Made by a program: the position numbers and the translations under genes. The notes below the pieces were generated by a model that was not told the origin of the DNA, did no database searches, and saw only the letters and a program-made list of their open reading frames with translations. A stretch of 64,000 nucleotides of DNA from a virus: the IMG/VR virus record IMGVR_UViG_3300017963_000246; one strand, 5' to 3'. Positions within the stretch are counted from its first letter, which is position 1, and every line of letters starts with the position of its first letter. Below, one piece after another: positions 7,929 to 16,828 of the stretch.

Positions 7929-10900
7929 GCCCCGGACTGACGGGCGACAGTGCGTTGACGGCGGTGTTGCCGTTCGGGGGCGCGCTGCCGGAATTCAGGT
8001 TTGACCCGGCCTCAATGCTGTTCACGCCTCAGATGGCCGAGCGTACCGGCCACTTTGCCGACTATGGATGGATTGCCCAAGGTAGAAGGGATGGAACAGG
8101 AACCCCCGACGTGGTCAATCTGGACTCGGGGGATATCCTTGGCAACCTTACGGAAACCCGAACTCAGAGACTAGATCCGTGTCAAGGCACTGCCTCTTTT
8201 TGGATATGCCCTGAGTGGGATGGTGACGATGGAATCGCTCATCGCTTCGCACCGTACATCTACAAAGACACAGACGATGCCCTGTATCTGAATTTCGGTG
8301 CGGGTGTAGCAACACACTCCGTGGATATTTCTGGATGGACCGCGGGGACACGATATCATGTGGCCATCTCGTGGGACAGCAATCGGCCCATAGATGGCAC
8401 AAACCACATTCGCATTACGATCAATGATACTCACAACTTTGGACAAAGCGATGATTGGGCTGCGGTTACGGTTCCTTCCACCATAGGAATCGGCCATTCT
8501 GGCTCGACCAGTGCCGATGCCATAATTGAAATGTTCCGCATCGACCGTTTTGTATGGTATGATGGTACCTATGGAACCGACATCGTAGGCGGGGACTTTG
8601 ATTTGATTGCCGCAGCCTACAACGCCGGCGCAGGAGAGGACCCCGCTCAGTGGATAGGTGCTTGGGATGCTACTCTTTGCGTCCCTACCGACCAAGCAGG
8701 TGGTCAATTCACCGGCACGGGCCAAGCGTGGTCTATGCCAATGGCCGATGCACTCCTTGAAACCACTTGGATGGACGATGGGAACTACTACGGTGAACCT
8801 CACGCTTGGGGGCTTACTACAGCAGGTGCCAATGGTTATGCTGACTGTGGTTCTGCTGCTGTTCTAGACGATGTGCCAGCTGGTGGGGCTGCAATGACCA
8901 TCGAAGGCTGGTACAAGTTCAATGTTTCCAGTTCTTCAGGTGGCATGTATCTGGCAGAGAAGGGCACTGGGTTCGATTCCGGGTGGAGAATGACAGATCT
9001 GGGGGCTGCAAATACGTTGCAGTTTTGGGTTGCCTGTGCCACCACGGATGCCTATGCCAGATACAGTCATGGTGGAGCCCTGTATGATGGTAGGTGGCAC
9101 CATATCGCATGTACCTATGATGACACCACCAAGATAGCGGAGATGTTTGTTGATGGGGTTCTCGTGGATGCTGGTGGCACCACTACTGGCGTGGGCAATT
9201 ACCAGACAGACGCGGCCCAACCTTTCCGTATTGGTTGTGACCTTGGGGCATTTGCCGTGCCTATGGATATTGGGTGGGTCCGGTATTCTAGCAATCTCCG
9301 TTACACTGCCGATTTCGTAGCTCCCCGCCTTATGCCTGGGGCTGATGGAAACACAGTCGAGCAATGGGCATCGGATGAGGGATCAGGCGCCACTATCGCA
9401 GCAACAGTTACATCCCCAGGTAACGACGGAACACTCAACGGGACATATGCTTGGATCGACACGTGGGATTGGAACAGCACCACGCCGGTCGTCCCGCAGT
9501 CATTGAATATTGGGGGAATTACAAACTGTGGATCTGCTGCGGCTCTGGACAACCTTCCTAATGCTGCCGTTACTGTGGATTATTGGGCAAGGGGAGCGGT
9601 CGATTCAGCCTATGGCGCACGTCTGTTTCAAAAGTCTACAAACTTTTATACATACGCTACTGGCACTGCATTGCGGGCTGGTATAGGTTGTGCGGTTACG
9701 TCAAGAGAGGCCATAGCGACAACTTGGAAAGACAACTGCTGGCATCATTGGATGATGACGTATGACCCTGGGGGGGATAGTAAGATTCGTCTGTTCCAAG
9801 ATGGTTATTTGGTGGCTGTTTCTGCCGCTACAGCAGGGGCATATAGTGGCGATGCCGCATCGAATCTAGTCCTTGGGGCTCAATCTGGAGCTAGCAATAA
9901 GCTGGATGGAGCCATGGGTTGGTTCCGTCTGTCTAATAACATTCGTCAAACCAGTCCAGGCGATACCGTAGGGCAACGTTATTTCATACCCAATGACCGC
10001 ATGAACCCTCCCGCTCCAGATGGGAACACAGTAGAGCAATGGAATCATCAGGATGGGGCGGGTACTACCTTGACAGCATCGGTGACTTCTCCGGGCAATG
10101 ATGGGACGATTTATGCCAGCTCGGAGTGGCTCAACTCTGGCGATATGACACTAGACGAGCCGGGTGCGGAGGTGCTTGGCACGCAGGGGTACAATCTCAT
10201 CTCTGACGGTGCCGCCGATGGAATGTCCATCCTTGCGACTGTTACGGCCTCCAAGGGGTTCGTCCTGAGGGCATCCATTTCGATTGAGGCTGACGGGCAC
10301 GGTTGGCCCACGATATCAGTGTACGATGTCTCGAATGCAGCCTGGATCAAGCAAAACTACTACCTACCGCGCATCACCGATGTCCATACGGGGGCCAACA
10401 ATTCGGCTACCTTGATAAACTCCAATGGTGCGTTTACTCAGCAATTGGTAGGTTGGACTGTCCACAACGTTACGGACAATAGCCAGGGCGTGATTACTGC
10501 GGTCAGTGGCGATGGAACGACCATCACGGCGGCATTGGCAGGCGGCACTGATAATGACTGGGACACGAACGATGTGCACAGCCTTGAGCCGCCAAACGGT
10601 GACCACTACTCCCGGCATCCGTTCATGATGGAAGCGATGATGGTGTTTGATTCACCTGCGGCTTGTACGCAGATCCGCATAGACATCACCAATGCGGAAG
10701 GGGCTGGTTGCCTATCGGTGCACCAGGTGGAGGTGTATCAGCATTCCATAACAAACGGTTCGATGGATGCAGGGGCAGGAGGCCCGTGGTTGCCGACTGG
10801 ATGGGGATGGTGGGCCGGTGCACCGGGGGCATTGGAGTGTGTGCAGGAAAACGCAACGATTCATAGCCCTGGATCTTCTGTAGAGTGGGCTACGCCAGCA

Positions 10901-11707
10901 GCAGATGAGGGGTTAGTTGCTCCCTTCCCATCACCTGGCACGAGTGGCTTTATTATGATAGGCTGTTGGGGATACGAAACAGCGAACGGGCTTCAGCTAC
11001 ATATGGAGTCTACGTGGGCTGCTAGGGAACATCTTACTGCTGGCGGAGTGTGGCGGGGCATTGCTGGGGCGTACTGGTCACACTACTCAGAGGTTATGCG
11101 CATTATAGATACCAATAGGCGTCCCGCATTGCGAGCAGACACAGGGGCAGCGGGATTCTTTGACGACGCATATTGTATGAACCTGACTGCTGTGACCCTC
11201 ACCGCCACGCCAGCATCTGAGCCCAATAGCGCGGAGGATGGGGGTACTCGTGTAGATGGAGACGACCAAGCGACCGTCCCGATTCCTGTGGGTGACCTGC
11301 CGGTCAACGGTTGCGTCATCGTGTGGAGCACAGTCCCACGGCGAGATGACACGGACCTCGTAGAACTCGGAAATGCGACGCCGCGCTGGATCGTCTTCTG
11401 GGGCGACGCGAACAACTATGTCGCCGTCTACATGAACGCGGCGGGCAGCTTACGAATGGAGGCCAACGCGAACGGGGCCGGTGCGGTGCTGGGAACGTGG
11501 GCTACCGGCGGCGGCGCGTTCGTGCCCGGTGCCAGGAACGATTGGAAACTCACCACGGACGGAGGGGACTTGACTTTGGCCGTGGACGGCACGGACAGAA
11601 TCGAGATTTCGCCTGGCGAGTTCGGCGTGGAGTTCAACACTATCTATGTCGGCCAGGACAACGTGAACGAACAGCAGATTGACGCAGCCTTTTTGGCAAC
11701 ACCATAA
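7925..11707 (+). CDS. large multi-LamG (concanavalin-A-like lectin) domain protein, probable fibre/receptor-binding protein
   Basis: 1260 aa; repeated LamG-like modules (TIEGWYKF..RWHHIACTYD, VDYWARG..CWHHWMMTYD, ASFWICPEWD..YHVAISWD). Modules are separated by a duplicated linker DGNTVEQW..G.G.T..A.VTSPGNDGT (nt ~9343 and ~10018). Confidence 0.8.
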   Translation: MSPGLTGDSALTAVLPFGGALPEFRFDPASMLFTPQMAERTGHFADYGWIAQGRRDGTGTPDVVNLDSGDILGNLTETRTQRLDPCQGTASFWICPEWDGDDGIAHRFAPYIYKDTDDALYLNFGAGVATHSVDISGWTAGTRYHVAISWDSNRPIDGTNHIRITINDTHNFGQSDDWAAVTVPSTIGIGHSGSTSADAIIEMFRIDRFVWYDGTYGTDIVGGDFDLIAAAYNAGAGEDPAQWIGAWDATLCVPTDQAGGQFTGTGQAWSMPMADALLETTWMDDGNYYGEPHAWGLTTAGANGYADCGSAAVLDDVPAGGAAMTIEGWYKFNVSSSSGGMYLAEKGTGFDSGWRMTDLGAANTLQFWVACATTDAYARYSHGGALYDGRWHHIACTYDDTTKIAEMFVDGVLVDAGGTTTGVGNYQTDAAQPFRIGCDLGAFAVPMDIGWVRYSSNLRYTADFVAPRLMPGADGNTVEQWASDEGSGATIAATVTSPGNDGTLNGTYAWIDTWDWNSTTPVVPQSLNIGGITNCGSAAALDNLPNAAVTVDYWARGAVDSAYGARLFQKSTNFYTYATGTALRAGIGCAVTSREAIATTWKDNCWHHWMMTYDPGGDSKIRLFQDGYLVAVSAATAGAYSGDAASNLVLGAQSGASNKLDGAMGWFRLSNNIRQTSPGDTVGQRYFIPNDRMNPPAPDGNTVEQWNHQDGAGTTLTASVTSPGNDGTIYASSEWLNSGDMTLDEPGAEVLGTQGYNLISDGAADGMSILATVTASKGFVLRASISIEADGHGWPTISVYDVSNAAWIKQNYYLPRITDVHTGANNSATLINSNGAFTQQLVGWTVHNVTDNSQGVITAVSGDGTTITAALAGGTDNDWDTNDVHSLEPPNGDHYSRHPFMMEAMMVFDSPAACTQIRIDITNAEGAGCLSVHQVEVYQHSITNGSMDAGAGGPWLPTGWGWWAGAPGALECVQENATIHSPGSSVEWATPAADEGLVAPFPSPGTSGFIMIGCWGYETANGLQLHMESTWAAREHLTAGGVWRGIAGAYWSHYSEVMRIIDTNRRPALRADTGAAGFFDDAYCMNLTAVTLTATPASEPNSAEDGGTRVDGDDQATVPIPVGDLPVNGCVIVWSTVPRRDDTDLVELGNATPRWIVFWGDANNYVAVYMNAAGSLRMEANANGAGAVLGTWATGGGAFVPGARNDWKLTTDGGDLTLAVDGTDRIEISPGEFGVEFNTIYVGQDNVNEQQIDAAFLATP

Positions 11708-11717
11708 GGAGGGCACG

Positions 11718-12056
11718 ATGGCAGAAGGTGATTACAGGTTCCGGATTCCGGGCGGCGTGGGGAGCGAGCCGGAAATTTCTCTCAACGGGATGGTTCGGTT
11801 CGACGTCTTCGTGGAGCGCAGTTTCGGCGGCGACCTCGAGAATTGGAGACAAATCAACATGGGGCATTTCACGTTGCAAGTCCCCGGCTCCGTAATCGAA
11901 CAAGCACAAAACGCCGGGCAGGTGCTCGCGTATATCGAAGGGCAAATCCTCAACAAGGGTCTGGCGCAAGCGGACCTGGCACGCCGGGCGCTCATTGCGC
12001 TTTTGCCGGGAGGCGAATGGCCGACAAGCGACATCACGCGGACGCTGGGTTTGTGA
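11718..12056 (+). CDS. hypothetical protein
   Basis: ATG 11718 preceded by AAGGAGGG; 112 aa. Confidence 0.65.
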   Translation: MAEGDYRFRIPGGVGSEPEISLNGMVRFDVFVERSFGGDLENWRQINMGHFTLQVPGSVIEQAQNAGQVLAYIEGQILNKGLAQADLARRALIALLPGGEWPTSDITRTLGL

Positions 12057-12292
12057 CGTGGCTGCTGCAGAACTGGCACAGGCTCGCGCTCGACGGCGTC
12101 CTGACTTTCGCGACGTGTGGGTTGGCGGCGTCTGGGGTGTGGCACTGGACCTCGACCACATTCCGGCCTTGGTTGGATGGTACGCTCCGGCGCTCGGCTA
12201 CCGGCCGCTGCATGCGCCGATTGCGGTTTTGGCTCTCTGTGTGTGCCTTGCTTGTTGTACATCTTGCCTTGGACGGATTCTTTGGGAGATGA
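12053..12292 (+). CDS. possible small membrane protein
   Basis: In-frame GTG 12053 overlapping upstream TGA (GTGA); 79 aa with hydrophobic stretches (VLTFATCGLAASGVW, FWLSVCALLVVHLAL); fills the gap to the next gene. Weak support. Confidence 0.3.
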   Translation: MTWLLQNWHRLALDGVLTFATCGLAASGVWHWTSTTFRPWLDGTLRRSATGRCMRRLRFWLSVCALLVVHLALDGFFGR

Positions 12293-12293
12293 A

Positions 12294-12533
12294 ATGTCGG
12301 TCATAGGTTATGGGCGCTCCGTCGTTGTCCCTACGCCTGGAGTTAAGGTGGTGCAGGACAAGGATGATTTCATCGCGGAAGAGGGCATCCAGTTTTTCAA
12401 CGACTGGTTCTCTACCGTCAGCGGGTACGATGTCGAGTTTCAGGACGTCGCACAGGCGCTTGACGCGATGGAAACGCTCAAGACTACGTTCGATGCCGTC
12501 CGAGCCAAGTTGCAGGTGGTGCGGTTGAGATAG
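12294..12533 (+). CDS. hypothetical protein
   Basis: ATG 12294 behind GGGAG; 79 aa; ORF-track extension to 12117 discounted. Confidence 0.55.
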   Translation: MSVIGYGRSVVVPTPGVKVVQDKDDFIAEEGIQFFNDWFSTVSGYDVEFQDVAQALDAMETLKTTFDAVRAKLQVVRLR

Positions 12534-12542
12534 GAGGCCAGC

Positions 12543-13412
12543 ATGGCCGACCAAAGCATACCGAGAAAGAACCAGGCGTACACGCTGGCGACGACGCTCG
12601 TGTCCCAGGCTGACGCGAACCTCATGGAGAACCCGCCGACGGTCGCAGCCGGAGACGTGCGGGTGTCCGTGGACGGCGGGGCTTTTGGCGCGACGACCGC
12701 AGCACCGACCGTCACCCCCGCGGCCGACGTTCGTGCCCAGGTGGTCTTGACCGCGGACGAAATGAACGGGGACGTCATCGTGGTCGCCTGGAGTGATGCG
12801 GCGGGAGCCCAGTGGCAGGACCAGACGTGGGTGCTGTTCCCGACGGACAACACGCTCGCTGTCCTGGCTGCTTCGATAGCGGCTGTCCCGGCTGCGGTGT
12901 GGGCGGTTGGCGTGCGGACGCTGACCAGCTTTGGGACGCTGGTCGCAGACGTGGCGTCGGCGGTGTGGTCATTCGCGACGAGGACCCTGACGATGTCGGC
13001 GGCAGCAATCGTGGCGGCCGTGAGCGGGACGTCCGTCACGCAGGTGCGCGCGACGACGTGGAACTTCTCCATCACGGGGATGGGTAGCATCGCGGACCGG
13101 GCGGAGTTCTTCTTCACGCTCAAACGCAGAACCCGGGACGGCGACGCGGACGCGCTCGTGAAAATCGAGGAGACCATCGGGCTCCAGGTGATAAACGGCC
13201 AGACGGCGGGCACGCCGGCGAACGGATCCATCACGGTGACGGATGCCGCAGCCGGTGACGTGACGGTGGTGCTGGCCGACGAGGAGACCGCAAAGCTGTC
13301 TGAGGAAGCAAACTTGGTTTACGACTTCAAGAAAATCACGGCAGGAGGCGTCTCCACGCAGCTGACCACGAGCCGGTTCAACATCACGTCGACGGTCACG
13401 GAGGAAACGTGA
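12543..13412 (+). CDS. hypothetical structural protein
   Basis: 289-aa ORF, AGGAGG SD; Ala/Thr/Val-rich; lies just before head-tail connector genes. Confidence 0.7.
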   Translation: MADQSIPRKNQAYTLATTLVSQADANLMENPPTVAAGDVRVSVDGGAFGATTAAPTVTPAADVRAQVVLTADEMNGDVIVVAWSDAAGAQWQDQTWVLFPTDNTLAVLAASIAAVPAAVWAVGVRTLTSFGTLVADVASAVWSFATRTLTMSAAAIVAAVSGTSVTQVRATTWNFSITGMGSIADRAEFFFTLKRRTRDGDADALVKIEETIGLQVINGQTAGTPANGSITVTDAAAGDVTVVLADEETAKLSEEANLVYDFKKITAGGVSTQLTTSRFNITSTVTEET

Positions 13413-13442
13413 GTCAGTCCAGAAACAATAGAGGCTAATCAA

Positions 13443-14171
13443 ATGAGCTATACATCCTTAGGGGAGTTGAAATCCGCGGTCAAGCGCACTGATGCGACAG
13501 ACGATACATGGCTCCAGATACTGATTGACTCGGCATCCATCGCCATCGACAGGTTCTGCAACCGCGACGAGGGGTTCTTTGTCGCACAATCGGAAGCGAC
13601 GGACCGGTATTATCGCGGCCGGGGCGCTTCTTGGCAGGAGATTGACGAATGCATCGAGGTCGAACAGGTCGCGGTGAAGGACAGCGTGTCAGACGCGACA
13701 TACACGCTGTGGTCGGCCCCGACGACCAACATGGCCGGCGACGGGGACTGGCTCGCGTTCAGCGGGGACCCGGACGACCCAGACTTCAACAGCCTTCCCT
13801 ACGACGCGCTGATGGTGGACATCAACGGCGACTATTCCGTGTTCACGGGCTGGCAAGGCGTGTCGGACGTGTACTTCAGGGGCGGCGACCTGTACCCGTC
13901 TCGGAGGAGTCTCCGCTCGTCCAACCTGGCGCGCGTCCCGACGGTCCGAGTGCGGGCGAAGTGGGGATGGTCAGAGGAAGTCCCGGAGGGCATCCGCGCG
14001 GCGTGCGTGATGCAGGCATCGAGGTGGTTCAAGCGGCTCGAAGGCAACATGGCGACCGCGCTGGCGAACGCGGAGTTCGGCACTCTGGAGGTGTACCGGA
14101 CCCTCGACCCTGACGTCGGGTTCATTCTGAACCAGGGGCGCTACATCCGGCCCCCGACCGGGAGGCGGTAG
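13443..14171 (+). CDS. head-tail connector (gp6-like) protein
   Basis: N-terminus SLGELKSAVKRTDATDDTWLQILIDSASIAIDRFCNR matches the typical gp6-like connector opening; gene order. Confidence 0.65.
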   Translation: MSYTSLGELKSAVKRTDATDDTWLQILIDSASIAIDRFCNRDEGFFVAQSEATDRYYRGRGASWQEIDECIEVEQVAVKDSVSDATYTLWSAPTTNMAGDGDWLAFSGDPDDPDFNSLPYDALMVDINGDYSVFTGWQGVSDVYFRGGDLYPSRRSLRSSNLARVPTVRVRAKWGWSEEVPEGIRAACVMQASRWFKRLEGNMATALANAEFGTLEVYRTLDPDVGFILNQGRYIRPPTGRR

Positions 14172-14698
14172 TGAAGCGGCTCGGCGGAACCAAGGGGCTT
14201 CACAAGGGGTTCGACTTCTCTGTGAAGCTCAAGGGAGTTAAACGGGTCACTGCGAAGGCGGACCAGATGGCCCGCGACCTCAGCGGACGCCCGGTCGAGG
14301 ACGCGATGCGCAAGGCGACGATGGTCGTGACCAGGAGCGCGAGGAAGAGGGCTCCCGTAGACACGGGCGTCCTCCGGGCGTCCATCATGCCGGAGGTCGT
14401 GATGAGAGACAGGGTCATCACGGGAGTGGTGGGGAGCAACGTCAAGTATGCACCGTACCAAGAATTCGGAACGCGTCCCATCCCGAACGTGCCGCGAAGC
14501 GTCATCTGGCGATGGGCTCTGCGCAAGAGCAGCGGCAACCAGTCGCAGGCTCGGTCGCTGTTCGCCAGGGCGTACAGCAGCATCCGCCGGTTCGGCGTGA
14601 AGGCGAAGCGGTACCTGCGCGGAGCGCTCGAAGAAGAACTTCCGAAGGTGAAGGAACTCCTGTTTCACTCAGTTGAGCAGATCGTCCGGAGGAAATGA
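14171..14698 (+). CDS. HK97 gp10-family head-tail joining protein
   Basis: GTG start overlapping upstream stop; APVDTGVLRASI ... VGSNVKYAPYQEFGT pattern typical of the gp10 family. Confidence 0.7.
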   Translation: MKRLGGTKGLHKGFDFSVKLKGVKRVTAKADQMARDLSGRPVEDAMRKATMVVTRSARKRAPVDTGVLRASIMPEVVMRDRVITGVVGSNVKYAPYQEFGTRPIPNVPRSVIWRWALRKSSGNQSQARSLFARAYSSIRRFGVKAKRYLRGALEEELPKVKELLFHSVEQIVRRK

Positions 14699-15192
14699 TG
14701 GTCACGGTGACGTTTGTCACGTTTCAGCAGATGGCAGGCGCGGTCAAAGACGTGCTAGAAGCGGCCCTGACCCCGTACGTCGCGGGACCTCCGGTGACTA
14801 CGGTCAAGCAGGTTTACGGGTACGACGAACTGTACGAGGGAATGAACGAATGGCCCGCCATCGAGGTGTATGTCGAGGACTGGGAACTGTCGTACGACAG
14901 CGACCTAGACCGGACCGTGTTCTGCCAGGATGGCGACAAACGCAGCATCACGAATTGCCACATCCACGTGGACGTGTACGCGGCGCGGCGGAACCAGTTG
15001 AACGAGAACTGGCGGGACGCGCTCGTGCTGGCGAACGCAGTCAACGCGGTCCTGGAGGACGAGTGTGCGTGCCCGCTGTTTGACCTGGCTGGGATGCACG
15101 ACCTGCACTGGACGGCGTCGAGGGTCGTGTTCTCGCGTGCGCAGGCGGAATACTGCGGATACCGGTTCATCCTGACGGTCAAGGTGTACTAG
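14695..15192 (+). CDS. hypothetical neck/tail completion protein
   Basis: 165-aa ORF, ATGA overlap with upstream gene; call is from position only. Confidence 0.6.
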   Translation: MMVTVTFVTFQQMAGAVKDVLEAALTPYVAGPPVTTVKQVYGYDELYEGMNEWPAIEVYVEDWELSYDSDLDRTVFCQDGDKRSITNCHIHVDVYAARRNQLNENWRDALVLANAVNAVLEDECACPLFDLAGMHDLHWTASRVVFSRAQAEYCGYRFILTVKVY

Positions 15193-15202
15193 GAGGGGGA
15201 AA

Positions 15203-15568
15203 ATGCTTTACAGGATTCACCAGAACCTGCTCGTCAACAGGAGCACGGGCGAGACTATCCGGCGCGGGACGGTGAGCTGCCTGCCCGGACTGGGGAAGGA
15301 CAAGGTCGCCATCCTGCTCAGGATGGGGCACATCACGCCGGTCAAGGCTCCGAAGTGGGACGCGTGGGGTGGTTGGAAGCTGCGCGGAGAAAGACTCGAC
15401 GCGACCGGCATCGACCCGATTGCGTTCGTCGAGATGGACGCGGGCGACGTCGTGGAGCGCACCAAAGTGGAGGACTTCCAGGACTGGGACGAAGAAGCGG
15501 TCTTGAAATGGAAAGAGGAAATCAAGGCGCGGTTGGGCATCGGCAGCGTCGAAGAGCGTCGCCGGTGA
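15203..15568 (+). CDS. hypothetical protein
   Basis: 121-aa ORF with AGGAGGGGG SD. Confidence 0.6.
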   Translation: MLYRIHQNLLVNRSTGETIRRGTVSCLPGLGKDKVAILLRMGHITPVKAPKWDAWGGWKLRGERLDATGIDPIAFVEMDAGDVVERTKVEDFQDWDEEAVLKWKEEIKARLGIGSVEERRR

Positions 15569-15610
15569 GGCGATAAACACAGGTCCAGTTAGGACCAACA
15601 GGAGGGCGAA

Positions 15611-16078
15611 ATGCCACAGACAACTTCAACAGTACCGATGAGCTGCGCGCTGATTGAGATGGCGACGGCGTCGGCTTGTACGCCGTGGACGGACATCAGC
15701 GGCTCGGTGAACGCCGTGACGGGTGTCACGCAGACTAAAGCGGTCGGCGACGAGTACACGTTCGACGGACCGTACGCAATCTCCGAGGTGGGCAAGTTCG
15801 AGCCGTTCGACATGACCGTGCGCATCATGTACACGAACGTGGCGGCGGAAGCCTACCGTGCAGTGCGGGAGGTGTTCCACACCGACGGCGACTGCGACGG
15901 CAAGATGTGCCTGCGCATTGTTCCAGGCGGGACGGTAGGCGACGACGGGTTCGTGACGAACTATGCGCCGGTCATCAGCTTCCAGTGGTTCGAGGTGAAC
16001 GCCGGCGAGGCTGGGCCGATTGCGCTAGAGTTCGTGATCCACGTCGCGTCGATAGACCCAATCGTCTACGTGTCGTAG
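15611..16078 (+). CDS. candidate major tail (tube) protein
   Basis: 155-aa ORF with AGGAGGG SD immediately upstream of the G/GT chaperone pair; assignment from gene order only. Confidence 0.45.
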   Translation: MPQTTSTVPMSCALIEMATASACTPWTDISGSVNAVTGVTQTKAVGDEYTFDGPYAISEVGKFEPFDMTVRIMYTNVAAEAYRAVREVFHTDGDCDGKMCLRIVPGGTVGDDGFVTNYAPVISFQWFEVNAGEAGPIALEFVIHVASIDPIVYVS

Positions 16079-16103
16079 GCGAGCCGGAGAGGGGGAGAGG
16101 CAC

Positions 16104-16505
16104 ATGCCGAAACGACTCGGAGAACGGCAGTTTCCGACGCCGCAGGTCCAGTCCGACGGGTCCTGGATTCGCGTGCGGTCCCTGACCGTGCGCGAGGTGT
16201 TCGACGTCCAGAGGGAACGGGAGCAGGTCAGCAACCTGTGGTTCAAGATCGGCGCTCTCATCGCAAGGGTCGCGCTGTTCCTGTTCCCTAAAATCAGGCG
16301 CAAGGGGCGCTCGGAAGAGTACCTCGACTTCGCGCGTGACGTGTGTTCCAAAGTCACGGCGTGGAACTGGGTGGACGGAGAAGGGAACCCGCTGCCGCTG
16401 CCATCAGACGACACCGACGTCGTCGGGCGGTTGACGGACAAGGAACTCGCGGTGGTCGCGGCTGCCGTGTTCGGACAGATGGCTTCGGAGGAGCAAAAAA
16501 ACTGA
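16104..16505 (+). CDS. tail assembly chaperone (G-like, unshifted product)
   Basis: 133-aa ORF directly upstream of the tape measure, ending ..EEQKN* across a run of seven A. Confidence 0.7.
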   Translation: MPKRLGERQFPTPQVQSDGSWIRVRSLTVREVFDVQREREQVSNLWFKIGALIARVALFLFPKIRRKGRSEEYLDFARDVCSKVTAWNWVDGEGNPLPLPSDDTDVVGRLTDKELAVVAAAVFGQMASEEQKN

Positions 16506-16828
16506 CAAACGGGCTGTCCGGCGTACTGTTCGCAGGTGCCGGACAGCCCCCGCTCAGGTGGGACATCCTCCGGCTCTGCGCTCGGCTGAAAGTGCTTCCG
16601 TCCGTCATGGACGACGGGATGCGACGGCTGCTCGGAGACGGATGGGAAACGCACCGGGAACGGTGGCGCGTCCTGTCGATGTGCGCGACGTACGGTTGCG
16701 TGCCGGACGCGCTGCTCGACGAGGACTGGCACAGGCTAGTGGATGACCATGCGATGCTGCTCGCGAAGCAGCAAATCGAGGAACAGAACATGACGTGGCG
16801 ACCACCGATGGGAGGTCGACGTGGGTAG
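16104..16828 (+). CDS. tail assembly chaperone fusion (GT-like) made by -1 ribosomal frameshift
   Basis: The -1 frame is open from the A-run to 16828 (..AKKLTNGLSG...MGGRRG*) and ends inside the tape-measure start region, as in lambda G/GT. Confidence 0.6.
16496..16502 (+). promoter_or_regulatory. -1 programmed frameshift slippery heptamer A_AAA_AAC
   Basis: Zero-frame CAA AAA AAC TGA; X_XXY_YYZ pattern one codon before the G stop. Confidence 0.65.

Noticed and set aside
12543-13412. Major capsid protein assignment for the 289-aa ORF before the connector genes
   Set aside because: No HK97-fold hallmark is recognisable by eye. Portal, protease and scaffold genes are absent nearby, so the capsid module is probably outside the window.
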